This document shows positions 1 to 12,792 of a stretch of 64,000 bases of DNA, one piece after another. The notes under the pieces were generated by a model. The model was not told the origin of the DNA. It worked only from the letters and a program-made list of their open reading frames with translations, and ran no database searches. The stretch is from Azolla caroliniana. Lineage: Eukaryota; Plantae; Polypodiophyta. Location of the stretch: contig JBHGNT010000012.1 in the NCBI GenBank assembly GCA_043228905.1, forward strand, positions 20,708,001 to 20,772,000, read 5' to 3'. The position numbers and the translations under genes were made by a program. Within the stretch, counting starts at the first letter, position 1, and every line of letters starts with the position of its first letter.

Positions 1-2015
1 GTCATCTGCGTATGATGAGTCCAACAACTCCTTGCTCGCATGTGGGACAACTAATCCCCTTATTCCTTCATCTGGTCTGTTTAAAAAGAAAGAGAATGCC
101 TATGCAATAAATAAATAAAGGTAGGGGGCCAACGGGCACCCTTGCCTGACAGACTTGCATAATGGAATTGGTGGGCCCCGATGTCCTGACACCATCACCC
201 TACTCAAACTTCCTTCGTAAAGGGCTAACACAGCCGGTCTCCATTTTGAGGGTAGTCCCAACCTCTCCATCACTTTATCTAAAAAAGGCCATTGTACTCT
301 GTCATATGCCTTCTCGAAGTCAAGCATGAGACATGCAATATGTTGATTGGTTTTCTTTGCCAAGGCAATCGCCTCCCAAAAGGTCAACACATTATCAATT
401 ATGCATCTGTTTTCCATGAATCCTGTTTGTCCAACATTAATTAGTGCATTCAAGTGGAGTTTGACCCTCTTGGCCAAAATATTGGCAAAAGTCTTATATA
501 TTGTGTTGAGCAACGTAATCGGTCTCCATTGCCTTGCATTAGCTATTAGACCCTGTACCTTTGGAATTAGAAATATCAGACCCTCTTTAAAATGCTCAGG
601 TAAGCGTCCAACAACCCATGCCTCATTAAGACCATCAACCAAGTCAACCTTAATCACTTCCCAAAAAATTTCAAAAAAATCTCTTGATAATCCATTGATG
701 CCTGGACAAGATGTTCTACATATACCCGCCAAAGCATCTGACACCTCCTCTTCCAAGAGTGGCCTTGACAAATTAACTTGTGCAACCTCTGAAATTCTTT
801 GTTGCATACCCTCCAATACAAATTATGTCAGATTAGGTTGTTCGGGGATATTATAACTATATGAGAGTAGCCCACGATAGTGAGTTGTGACTACCTCCAT
901 GGTCTCTGATACATCCTCTGACACTGATCCATCCTCCTTATTCAGCTTAGGATTGTAGCTAAAATTAGATCTCGGCTTTTTATACTTAAAAAATTCTTGA
1001 TTTACCTTATCCCCATTCTTGCTCCACCATGCCGCAAAACTCCTGAAGAACATCGTGTTTCTAGACATAATCAACCGTTGTAGTGTTTCTCTAGCAGCCT
1101 CAAGACCTGCTCGAGACCATTGACACGTGGGATCTTTCTGAAGCATTCTTTGGGTAGCTACTATCGATCTTCTTAATCCCATTTCTCTTTCTTTAGACTT
1201 CGCAATTCTGTTTTTAGTCTCAACGTGCAAATACATTGAAGTTTCAATAATCTTCCCTCTAAGTGTCTCAAGTGCACCACAACCAGTTGGATTACTTGCC
1301 CATATGCTCCTTATCTTTCTTCCCACTTCCGCATCCTCAAAAAGTTTACTATTGATCCTCATGTTGCAGTCTCTTTTTGGCCTCCTTTGGTTGACTAATA
1401 TAATCTTAACCAGCATATGATCAGAGTAAGCTGAACCAACGATTATTTCAACATTGTTACCATATTTTTCAAATTCCGAACTTATGTATATTCTGTTTAT
1501 GTGAGACATGAGACCCCTGGACCACTGTATGAGTGCCACCCACCTTGTCCTCTGTGTGCAAAGTCATGTTAAAATCCCCTGCAAGGATCCACGCATCTAC
1601 AAATGGCAAGCCATCAGCCAATTGCCTCCAAAAAAGGAAGCTGATGAATTGGGTGCATACACATTTATTATCCCAACTATACATTGATGCCATCTGACAA
1701 TCCATAAATGGCATGTCCCTCCACTATGGTGTCCTGACCCATGACAACAATATCCGGATTGTTCCTAATAGATGTACAAACACCTCCTTTTCTACCATGC
1801 TCACCCTAAGCTAGGAACCAAAAAGTATGTCAATCCCCCTCAAGAGGATTGCCAATACTCAAGATTCTGTCCGCACTCAAATGATGCTCTTGCAAGAGCA
1901 AAATGTCTGGGATCCCCTTAAAGCATGGGGATTTGAACTCCTGACGGAAGTTCTTCCTTTCCATCATGCATTTGCTTCCACCAAGACCTTGAATGTTCCA
2001 CGTGATTAATTTCAT
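1..2015 (-). pseudogene. LINE ORF2 (APE endonuclease + reverse transcriptase), broken by frameshifts and stops
   Basis: Fragments: 1830-2015 (ITWNIQG, LLQEHH), 1469-1714 (AGDFN), 823-1539 (SDH; W..NGDK..EFF) and 100-816 (RT domains). SYADD is encoded at 1-15. Confidence 0.9.
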
Positions 2016-2656
2016 GAAATCAATTGTGAGGTCTCCCTAGAAGGACAAAGTTCCTCCCCCTGAGTCCATGCCCAACCTCCCTGATTGATCTTCTCCCATC
2101 CTAACACCACATCGTGCCTTATAACTTCTTCCAGTTCCTCCTCATGGAAATGTAACACCTCATCAAGGGAGTCTACCTTCTCCTCTAGGCATAATAGTAG
2201 CTGCTTTTTAATGCAAGCATCGTTGACTCCACATATCATTCCAACATTCATCCACATCGACATCCACTTATCCCCACTCAAGGTGATTGGCAGGTTGTTA
2301 AAGTATTTGTGCGCCTTGACTTCTATGGAGCTAGAGATCCGTGCCATGTTGCTAGCCGAAAACTCCAGGTCCATCAGGTCAAATGAGAAGCCTACTTTGG
2401 GCAACTTGTTTCGTTCAGCAATAATCACATAAACCCTCAGCCCTAGGGCTTCCTCATGACACAAATCAGTCAATCTCGTGAGAGCCTGCTGGCTAAACTT
2501 GCACCCCATGCTTAGTGTGCCCCTTTCCGATCTTTTGGACCTAACAAAATTGACGGAAACTCTGACAGGTGCCTCCCTACTTGTCGCGACTCTTGCGGCT
2601 TCTGAACTTCGGAAGTGGTGGATAAGCTTTCTTGACATCTCCCATTGCGTAACCAT
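2012..2656 (-). CDS. Intact 214-aa ORF of unknown function between LINE ORF1 and ORF2 (ORF-X)
   Basis: Its ATG overlaps the ORF1 stop (TAATG, 2658-2654) and its TGA overlaps the ORF2 ATG (ATGA, 2015-2012). It has no internal stops, has globular-looking composition and no domain I recognise. Confidence 0.7.
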   Translation of the reverse strand: MVTQWEMSRKLIHHFRSSEAARVATSREAPVRVSVNFVRSKRSERGTLSMGCKFSQQALTRLTDLCHEEALGLRVYVIIAERNKLPKVGFSFDLMDLEFSASNMARISSSIEVKAHKYFNNLPITLSGDKWMSMWMNVGMICGVNDACIKKQLLLCLEEKVDSLDEVLHFHEEELEEVIRHDVVLGWEKINQGGWAWTQGEELCPSRETSQLIS

Positions 2657-4370
2657 TATTTCATTGCTCTCAATCCAATACTTCCACTTTTACCAATGGA
2701 GGAGGGGGAGCTCATGACATTTTCTTGTATGAGTTGTGTATTGTTTAGTAAGACATCGAGTGTGCACGCTACCACCTCTTCCACATTAGTTGTCCTTTGA
2801 TCTTGTAATAGGACCTCCTCTTCTTGCAACAGTTCAAAACGATTCCTCAAATCTACATGAGGTGAAGCTGTGTTTCCTTCTTGTTGCAATCCATTTTTAC
2901 GTCCCAAAACAAGAGTCCAGACGTTGGCATTAGCATGCACATTCTCAACCCCATTGAGAGTACTTTGTCTTGCCACCCCTGTCTTCTCTTGCTTAGTTAT
3001 TGGCCCCTTAAGCTTCTCCCCCTTTACGTTATTATTGATCTTCCTAGGGCATTCCTTAGCGATGTGACCCTTTTTTTTACAATAGAAACATTGACCAGGT
3101 AGTCCCTCATATTCCACTTCCACATCTATCAGTCTTGCTTCCACATCATGCACCCTGATTATAGAGGGGAGTGAGGATAAACTTTGCACAAGCACTCTAA
3201 TCTTAGGGGAGTCTCTGATTTTTTCTAGCATGGTTGCCTTTAAAGGACAGACTGTGCCAATCTTTGCCCCAATCTTTGGCATCAAGGGGTATAATTGTCG
3301 CGGAAGATTAGGAAATACCATAGATATCACCATGGGGTTACCAAGTTTCTTGGCTTCCTCCATAACATTGAAATTAGGATGCCATTCCAACAAGAGAGCT
3401 CTTCCATGTTTGAGCTCTACAAATTTCAAATCAAGAATTTATGATATATTACTCCCCTCCGCCACTTCAATATGAAAGAAATTTTGTCCCATATTATCCA
3501 CATTCTTTATTTGTGGGACCCTATCCATTAGAGCTATCTATAACATGTCACGAACCATACCCCTACTAGGCCTACCACCAAGTAGTTTGCAAATGAACGA
3601 ACACTTCTTTAACCTTCTAATCTCCGCATTTAAAATTTCACTTTCTTCCTCGGACAGAAAAACATCAAGTATCTCAGAGCTTTCCTTCGTTTCCAATTGC
3701 TTATCATAATCTCCTTGCCGGCATGCATTATGCGCTTGACCACACTCATTCAAAAGATTCTCCACCTGCATCATGTCCTCGGTGGCCTCCATTTCCTCTA
3801 CATCTAACCCCTTAGACGACCCGCCTTGCAGTCCCCGCTACCTCTCTTCTACTCCCCCACCCTCCATATGCCATAAATCAAGGTTGGGGAGATCTCCCCC
3901 CTCCTCTTGCTTCCCGACCTCTTTATTCCAAGCTTCTGACTCTCCCCACACACGTGAGTCCTCTCTACAATCAACTATGAAGGCCGTCGCCACCATACCG
4001 CTGGCGGGAGCCCTAACCTCCTCTTCCAACAATCCCCCATTATCTGTTTGATTCACCACTTCCTTGCATATCTTGTTATTTCCTCCACTAATGTGTTTCC
4101 CTACATCTTTCCACATGTCGTTTGCTTTCCTTTGTCCCAAAATCTCTGCATGTTGCTTCTCCCAATTCTTACTCATCCCTTGCAATGCATACCTCAACTC
4201 CACCCACCGTCCAGCCGGCCCCCTTGCCGCTGATGCTTTAGCTGCCACCATTGAGGCTTTATTCCCCATTGTTGGCTCATTCACCACCATGTTTCGTTGT
4301 CCCTGTGTAGCCCTACTACTAACCTTACACCCTAATTGAAGAGACATACCTGACTCATGAGGAGTAGGGA
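2656..4370 (-). pseudogene. LINE ORF1 (DUF4283-like region + CCHC zinc knuckle) with in-frame stops
   Basis: ORFs 3838-4347, 3538-3792 and 2656-3429 are all in one frame. Motifs: FICKLLGGRPS, LLLEWHPNF, VEYEGLPGQCFYCKKKGHIAKEC (Cx2Cx4Hx4C). Confidence 0.85.
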
Positions 4371-4568
4371 TGATAGTAAGAAAAGGCCAAATATGTTATT
4401 TCTTACTATTTACGCATAAGTATAAAAACTAATAGAAATGAGGGTTTCTTGTGCCGCCCCCAAAAAGTTGTTGTGTGTTCTTTTTTCCCCCGTCTGTGTG
4501 CTGTTCGACTTTTCTCTGCAGGTAAGGCAAAACAGCAGCTCGTCCGTCTCCATCGTTCTTCTCCAACA
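4371..4568 (+). repeat. 5' LTR of the Copia
   Basis: TGATAGTAAG...CTCCAACA; direct repeat of 9332-9529. Confidence 0.95.
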
Positions 4569-5144
4569 ATGGTATCAGAGCTTGGACCTCGTGAGACTGT
4601 GTGTGGCAGCAAGCATCCGACCTTTCTGCGTTTCCCCCCTCTGCACATGCTATTTTTTTTCAAGACCTCGACAGAGGTAATATCTAGTACGCTTCTCGTC
4701 TGAACATTTTCCTTTTTTGTGTGCCAATCTTTTGGGAAAAAAGAGTAGACCTTTGGTGAAAGCTAGAAACAGAGAAGACTCACTGTTTCTAGCATACAAA
4801 GTGAGAAGTTACAAGTAAAAGAACTTGTATTTGGTTTTCCCGATGCTTGCTCATTTGATGTCACTTGATGTGAGTTTTTCTTTTGACGTTGAAGTTACGT
4901 CCTAGTTGCAGTCCTTTTGCCTTGGCTGATATAAGAGAGAGGTGTTGTCCTCAATCGAACACAAATACCTACCCTAGAACACGGTTTGAGTCTAGGTAGT
5001 GAGTAGTGTCTCAACTATTGTTAGTTGCTTATATTTGGGATTGACCAAGTTTATTTACCTAGCATCCAAATGGCTGCCTCTGAAATGTCTTAGGTTTCAA
5101 GTACCTCACGCGGTGGTTCGTTCAATTCCCATAGAAATCACTCT

Positions 5145-8100
5145 ATGGGTGGAAAAGACCACCTTGAGATCCGTAAATTTGACGGCTCCAACTTTGCCCT
5201 GTGGAAGAATCAGATGAGAGATGTCCTGATTCAAAGAAGGCAATTAAGAGCTATAAGTGGTGAAGCCAAGAGACCCGAGGGCATGACCAAGGACGATTGG
5301 GAAGAGCTCGATCTCTTGGCAATGTCTACCATAAGACTGCACCTGGCTGACAACGTGTATTTCACGGTCTTGGACTGTGACTCAGCTGAAAAGCTATGGA
5401 CTAAACTATCCAGTACATACGAAAAAGAGACCGCATCAAACAAAGTTTATCTAATGAGAAAACTTTATGACCTTCGAATGAAGGACAATGACAGTGTCGC
5501 TTCTCATTTGAATGATTTTGATGCATTATGGTCACAATTACTGGCTCAGAAAATGATTTTTGATGATGAGTTGAAATGTGTATTTTTGTTATGCACTTTG
5601 CCTAGCTCATGGAACACTTTTTGCACCGCTATTAGTGCAAGTGCACCAAATGGGAAATTAGTCTATAATGACATATGTGGAGCTCTTTTGGGTGAAGAAA
5701 TTCGTAGAAAATCTGTGATTGCATCACACAATGGAGATGCATATAATGTTTCTGATGTTGGTCCTCGCAAGAACCAACAACGTAGTAGGAGCCAAACAAG
5801 AAATAGTAGTGGAAATGATAGAGGTAGAAGCAAATCTAGGAAGAAAAATATGGAATGTTATTACTGTCATAAAAAGGGACACCTTAAGAAAGATTGTTAT
5901 GCCCTAAAAAATAAGGAGAAAGATAATGCTAGAGGGCATGGTAGACAATCTAGTGGTCCTTCTTCCTCGGTGGAAATAGAGGAAGTAAATGCAACATGTG
6001 ATGAGACGGACATCTTGGTCCTAGATGATGTTAGCACACATGCTGGGGTGAACACGGTCTTTTCCCCATCACATACGTGGTTGTTGGACTCCGGTGCATC
6101 GTTTCATGTGACTCCACATAGAGAGTGGTTCACATGTTATGAAGCCAAGTCACTTGGGAAAGTTCGACTTGGAGACTCACATCAGTGTGATGTGATTGGC
6201 ATTGGAAATATCTCAATGCATTTTAGTGATGGTTCTCATTTGACCATTAAAGATGTACGCCACGTTCCTCAACTAACTCGTAGTTTGATTTCCGTTGGTC
6301 AACTTGATGACAACGGATATAAGGTGATGTTTGCTTCTCAATCCTTTCGTATAACGAAAGGAAATATGATTGTCGCGAAAGGGAACAAAGTTGGTTCCCT
6401 CTACCCTTTATTTGTTAATCAAAAGGAACACTTGTTGGCTGTCACAGAACAGCCAATGACGAGCATTTGGCATGGTCGTTTAGGCCACATGTCAAGAAAT
6501 GGCATGGAAATCCTATCTCGTTATGGCCACTTACCTAAGTTGTCATTCTCTTATTTTGCCTTATGTGAGCATTGTCAGCATGGTAAGCAAACAAGAAGTG
6601 CACATAAGACCAGTGTTAACTCATCCACTAAACCATTGGATCTTGTCCACACAGATGTTTGTGGACCTATGCCCACAAGATCTTTGGGCGGTGCACTATA
6701 TTTTGTTACTTTCATTGATGATGCCACTAGGAAAGTTTGGGCTTATCCAATTAAGGGAAAGGATGATGTATACCCCACTTTCAGAAAATGGCTTAGTTCG
6801 GTTGAGCTGGAAAAGGACATAAAGCTCAAGGCCTTACGTTCAGACAATGGAGGTGAGTATACCTCTCATGAATTTGATGACTTTTGCAAGTCTAGAGGCA
6901 TTCGGAGAGAGTTTACAGCTCCCTACACCCCTGTCCAAAATGGTGTGGCTGAGAGGATGAACAGAACCATCCAGGACAGAGTTATCTCTATGCTACACCA
7001 TGCAAACCTCTCGCAAGGTTTTTGGGCAGAAGCTGTTTTAACAGCAGTCCATGTGATTAACCTATCACCGAACACAACCATAGGCCTAAAAGTGGCACAA
7101 GAGTTGTGGACAGGCAAGACACCTCATTATGCTCATCTTAGAGTTTTTGGATGCGAAGCATATGTACACATTCCAAAAACCTTAAGAAAGAAATTAGACT
7201 ATAAATGCAGATAATGTATATTTCTTGGTTACGGAATTGACGGGCAGTTTGGATATCGCTTATGGGATCCTGACACACGTACTGTGGTCAGAAGTAGTGA
7301 TGTTGTTTTTTATGAGAACAAACTGCATAAACAGACCGTGAAGGAGGTAGAAGTGAGGAAGGTTGCATTTAAAGATAGTACGCCTTTTGTTGATGTAAGA
7401 CAGAAAAATCTCACTGATGTAGATGCTTCTACATGTGGGCAGTCACAAAAACCTGTTATTGGTCAGGATGAAGATGCCGAAAATGATGATGCTCAGCACA
7501 ATGATGTGCAAGATGATGTTTATGCTCATAATGATGATGCTCAGAATGATGTTTCTCATGCACAACCTGATGGCACTCAGGTTCAGGATTCATTGAGGAG
7601 ATCTATGTGTGTCCCCAAGGCACCTAGTAAGTTTGCTGATTATGTAATGCTAACAGATGTCGGTGAGCCTTCATGTTACAATGAAGCCATATCTGTAAAT
7701 GACCATGCGAAATGGAAATAGGCCATGCAAAGTGAATTGGACAGCATTTATAAAAATGGTACTTGGGATTTAGTACCTTTGCCAAAGGACAGGAAAGCAT
7801 TGCCATGCAAATGGGTATACAAGTATAAGCATACATCTGATAGTGCTTCTCCAAAGTATAAAGCACGCTTGGTTGCCAAAGGTTTCAAACAAGAATATGG
7901 AATTGATTTTGATGAAACCTTTTCTCCTGTAGTTAAGATGACTACATTACGTATGTTGCTTTCATTGGCTGCAAATCAGAATTTGGAACTTGTCCAAATG
8001 GATGTGAAGACTGCCTTCTTGCATGGGGACCTTGATGAGGACATTTATATGGAACAACCAGAAGGTTATGAAGTATTGGGAAAAGGACATTTGGTATGTA

Positions 8101-9218
8101 AACTCAAGAAGAGTCTGTATGGGCTTAAGCAGTCCCCGAGGTTATGGTATCAGAAATTTGATGCTTTTATGAAGACTCAAGGATATATTAGAAGCAATGA
8201 GGATGCATGTCTTTATACAAAAAATTGTTCAGATGGGAGTGTTATCACCTTGATATTATATGTTGATGACATGCTTATTGTTGGTAAAAACAAGGATGAG
8301 TTATCCTCGTTAAAGAAAAACTTGGGCCAGAACTTTGACATGAAGGATTTGGGAGATGCAAAACATATTCTTGGTATGCGTATCACTCGTGATAGGAGTA
8401 AGCGATGCATTTACTTGTCTCAAGCTGAGTACATATCGAAAGTGCTAAAGAGGTTTAATATGGAGAATGCAAAGCCGTTGAGCACCCCTTTGCCTACATA
8501 TGTAAAACTGAGCACATGTGATTGCCCCACATCTGATGAAGACAAGAAATCTATGTCCAAGGTTCCTTATCAATCCGCAGTCGGGAGTCTTATGTACGCT
8601 ATGATAGCGACCAGGCCAGACATTGCTTTCGTAGTGGGAGCTGTGAGCAGATTTATGTCAAATCCTGGTAATAAACATTGGGAGGCAGTTAAACTGATTT
8701 TAAGATATCTGTGTGGCACTAAGAATAGGTGTCTATGTTTAGGTGGTGGAAATGTATCCATCATCGGATATACAGATTCTGATTATGTTGGCTGCTCTGA
8801 CAACAGAAAATCCACTTCAGGATATATTTTTCAGTTTATGGGAGGTGCGATATCTTGGAGATCTCGTCTCCAAAAATGTACTGCTCTGTCCACTACAGAA
8901 GCAGAGTATGTCGCAGCTAGTGAAGCTTGTAAGGAAGCCGTATGGCTGTCCAGATTAGCTTGTGACATGGGCATATCTAAGCTTGTACCCGTACTATTTT
9001 GTGATAGTCAGAGTGCCATTGCATTGGCTAAAAACCCAGTATACCATGCAAAGACCAAGCACATTGGAGTGAGATATCACTTCATTCGAGAATGCATAGC
9101 TGCTGGCTACATCAGTCTTGAGAAAGTTGTTTCTCAAGAAAATGCTGCAGATGCATTGACCAAAGTTCTACCACATGAAGCACTAGAGCATTGCTGCCAC
9201 TTGATGGGGATTACTTAG
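5145..9218 (+). pseudogene. Copia gag-pol polyprotein (gag, CCHC, protease, GAG-pre-integrase, integrase, RT, RNase H) with two nonsense codons
   Basis: ORFs 5145-7214, 7284-7721 and 7725-9218 share one frame, with stops at 7212-7214 and 7719-7721. Motifs: KFDGSNF, CYYCHKKGHLKKDC, WLLDSGAS, WHGRLGH, HTDVCGP, SDNGGEY, NGVAER, YKARLVAKG, LYVDDM, CDSQSAI. Confidence 0.95.
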
Positions 9219-9331
9219 GTCATGAGATTACACAGTGCTCTTGTAACATACTCATCAAGTAGGATATGTAGGTCTTGTTCAATCTTCCCATCAGCTTTGT
9301 TGATCCCTAGTTTGGCCTTTTAGTGGGAGAT

Positions 9332-9529
9332 TGATAGTAAGAAAAGGCCAAATATGTTATTTCTTACTATTTACGCATAAGTATAAAAACTAATAGAAAT
9401 GAGGGTTTCTTGTGCCGCCCCCAAAAAGTTGTTGTGTGTTCTTTTTTCCCCCGTCTGTGTGCTGTTCGACTTTTCTCTGCAAGTAAGGCAAAACAGCAGC
9501 TCGTCCGTCTCCATCGTTCTTCTCCAACA
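9332..9529 (+). repeat. 3' LTR of the Copia
   Basis: Direct repeat of 4371-4568, preceded by the PPT and followed by TSD AGGGA. Confidence 0.95.
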
Positions 9530-10099
9530 AGGGAAACTCGGTACCGCTCTATTGTGTTCGGGGCACTCTCTGCAACCATAAACCCCACCATCGTTGCCTT
9601 CGCTACCTATGACGTTGTCTCGCTTGGCTTCGGAAACAGCTACTCGTCCCCCACCATACTCCCAACACTTAAAACAACTTAAGAATTACCAACAAGAAAT
9701 AAACCCAAAGCTTGGCTTCTAACATTTTGATAAACACCAACTATACACAATGCAAAAGTTTTGTGTTTAACACAATAATACTAATAAGATACAAAGCCAA
9801 AGTGCAACATTGAAAAACTCCAAGTCCAATCAAACATGCAAGACCAATATTGGCATTCGAATGAATGAATGAAATCAAGTCATATAAGAAAATTTTGCCT
9901 TCAGGGATTCTTATCCTCAAAAATCTAGTGCTTTGTAAATGCACCACGAATTTAATTGTACATACTTCAACGATGATTATCATGCAACATATATTTTACC
10001 ACTTCATCCTCCACTACTAAATCCACCAATGTCAAACTTGGGTCTCCAAAGGCTTTATGAAAATCATTTGGCATAGAAATGTTTAAATGCTCCAAACTC

Positions 10100-11100
10100 T
10101 GCATCCATGATCATATGCAAATTTCAGCTTTGAATTTTGGATGAGTGCAACTTAATCCTATCATCAAATGTATACCTTACGATTGAGTTAGCTCCCTCAA
10201 CTGGTACCATGATGTTGGTATGGCACGGTAATCACAAGTCAACTTAAACATGCGAGGCAACGATGACTTATTGCCCCACCACCATTGAGGGGGTTCTTTA
10301 TCTGTAGTAGTTGGGGGTAAATTCATATAATGCTCAATTTTAGTTCTAGAATTAACATTATTAATATGAACCCCTACAAACCTCCAGATTTTGAAGTGAC
10401 CAACATTGGTTTCTTGTAGTTCGGTATTATGGGAAGGTGTTGCTACAACATAATTAAAGATGGTATAAAGAGTCTCTAATATGTCCTCCACCAATTGGAT
10501 ACTAAGGTTCTCTCAATACCATTAGTTTGTGTTGGTAATTTGCATAAATCAAACCATAAGTTATGTGCTTGCCCAACCACAAAGTAAAGACATTTAACAA
10601 AGAAAATTGTCGATAGAATATACCTTGGATAAAGGAACATGCCAATTCAACCTTTTTCTAGACTTTGAATATTCTTTATGCTTGATTAAATATTTCAAAC
10701 ACTTCTTATGAACACTTGTTGTGCTTCTCACATATGATTAATTAATGTAGAGGACGAAGTTGCACCCAAGTAATTATTGTTATGTTCAATCAAACAATAA
10801 AAGCACATGAAACTATTGGTAAAGTTATACCTTTGAGCCAAAGCAAGTGAAGAACATAGAAACTCAACATGAGAATCTAAGCATTCCACCATAGCATGTT
10901 TATGATTCCAATCTTTAGGCGAGAGTATGCAACCAAACAAATATGATACAATAGATGGTGAAATGTGATGAAGTGGAATAGCAAGATTCAAAATAAACAT
11001 ATTCACTATTCCCATTACAAATGTGAGGTGTGTATAGCCTTTTGAAAATATTACACTTGTATATTTATTCGATATGTTGGAAAAGTACAAGACTTTTCGG
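10100..11100 (-). pseudogene. Decayed hAT transposase remnant (C-terminal dimerisation domain)
   Basis: ORF 10177-10494 ends in IEHYMNLP..PPQWWWGNKSSLPRMFKLTCDYRAIPTS, resembling the hAT dimerisation motif (Y..P..WW..P.L..LA..YL.IPATS). Boundaries are approximate. Confidence 0.6.
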
Positions 11101-12792
11101 GTGCAAAGTTTGAATTGAGAAGTCTATAATATCTTATAGAATAATACTCAATTAAATAAATGACAACTTAACCTTAAAGTCTTAAATCAACAAACGATGC
11201 TTCAACCCACCTTGCCACACTCTCCATAAATATAGTATCCTAAATTATAATGCAACATAACACTCACCTCGTTAGATCTTAAACTTGCACCTGATACCCA
11301 AATATCTCAAATCTTAACACCTACTTCGCTATATAATATCCATTAAATCCAAGGTCTTAGATACCAATATATGTACGTGTTCAATTGCGTTTGAAAAAAT
11401 CATATTCAAACCACTTCCTCAACCATATCATGATGGGACACTTATCATTGTATCTTCAACAAAACATCATCACAAACACACATAATATAAGATGGATCGT
11501 TTATTTCAAGTCTTTGGTTTCTTATGTTTCTAGATAGTGAGGCAATCTATGGCTTTATATCTAACCCAAATACTGCCCAATTGTTTCAGAGTTGTACATA
11601 GGTAGCTCATGACACATTATGTCTATATTCATCCGCTACCTTTCTAAATAATAAAATAGTGGTGGAAAGATAATTTTAAAGTGGTAATCAAATTTTTCAA
11701 TAGAAGTGGTTGCAAAAGAAGTATTGCATTATTTAAGGTCTCCATTTATTTACTCCACAAGAATAAAGTCGACTATCATCTATTTGTAATTGCTCATTCA
11801 TGTATAATTATGTGTGTGTAATTTCAACCCTTTGCAAGTCTTGCAAATTGGTTAAGAAGTTCATATTCATAAATGATGCAGTTGCACTACAATGCATTGT
11901 CATGTAAGAAAGTCGAATATCTTTTCTCAAACTCGATAATAACTTTGGTAGTATTGTTTTCATATTCTTATTTGAGAAATTCGTCTTGAGATGTAGACCT
12001 CTTTAGAAATCTAAACTCAATTATTACAATCTTTGTATTCGTTAGATCATTTCATCTAGACAATGATATGATCTCTACCTCTGATGAGACCTTCGATCTC
12101 AAAAGGGTTCTTTAAAGGAGAAAAATATTATGTACTTATCTATTAAGCAAATCATATGACGATATTTGTTCAAGCTTGTGAAGAGAAAGCACTTGGCTGA
12201 CAATTTGGTTTGAAATGCATTTTTTTGCTTCCATGCACGTGTAGCTTTATTTCACCTGAATCGAGCCAATCCCAACAAGAGCATTGTGTTAGAATTTTGG
12301 AATGAAAAATAGGGTTTATCTCTTACTATTAGACACACACACACACACAATATAATACCAATGGTGTGCACTTACATTATCGCTAAAGTAATTCAACTAA
12401 AAGTTGTGATCAAAATATTTGCTCGATTCTAATACATGGGTTGGTAGTTCTACTTGAAAAACTAACTATGCTCCTAGCGACACTCCTCTATCTCATCCAT
12501 TGTATACTAATTGTATTCATCTACCCTTTGTGTACTAACCATGTGTGTCTCTTTATTTGAACTCTCTTCATGTATTTATTGATACAATTCCTTTCTCAAA
12601 GTTGTCATATATCACCCAATAAACCCAAATCCTAGTGTACACACTAACTATAATCTAAGTTCAACCAATAAACAAAGTTTGAATCCTAGGACAAATTGAT
12701 TCTAATATAATTGCATCCATAGAAAACAAATATCCAATCCAAATGTAATATAACAAACAATATAGAAGTTTTTGTTGTATTTGATTGTTTGC

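Larger units (their letters stand above)
4371..9529 (+). mobile_element. Full-length young Ty1/copia LTR retrotransposon
   Basis: 198-bp TG..CA LTRs at 4371-4568 and 9332-9529 (one difference seen). TSD AGGGA at 4366-4370 and 9530-9534. PBS TGGTATCAGAGC (tRNA-iMet) at 4570-4581. PPT AGTGGGAGA at 9322-9330. Confidence 0.97.
1..9690 (-). mobile_element. L1-clade non-LTR retrotransposon (LINE), degenerate, with three ORFs; interrupted by a Copia at 4371-9529; runs off the left window edge
   Basis: Minus-strand order is ORF1 (DUF4283-like region, CCHC knuckle), an extra ORF, APE endonuclease (MKLITWNIQGLGG, LLQEHH, WILAGDFN, SDH), then RT (WRPITLLNTIYK, DFEKAYDRV, VRQGCPLAP, YADD at 1-12). The ORF1 frame continues across the Copia insertion to about 9685. 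The 5' boundary is approximate. Confidence 0.9.

Noticed and set aside
4406-4703. Short ORFs duplicated at 9367-9682
   Set aside because: They arise from the duplicated LTR sequence and show no coding signal.
7212-7721. Possible programmed readthrough at the two Copia stops
   Set aside because: They fall inside or just after integrase and at the RT start, at normally sense codons rather than at a gag-pol junction; ordinary nonsense mutations are simpler.
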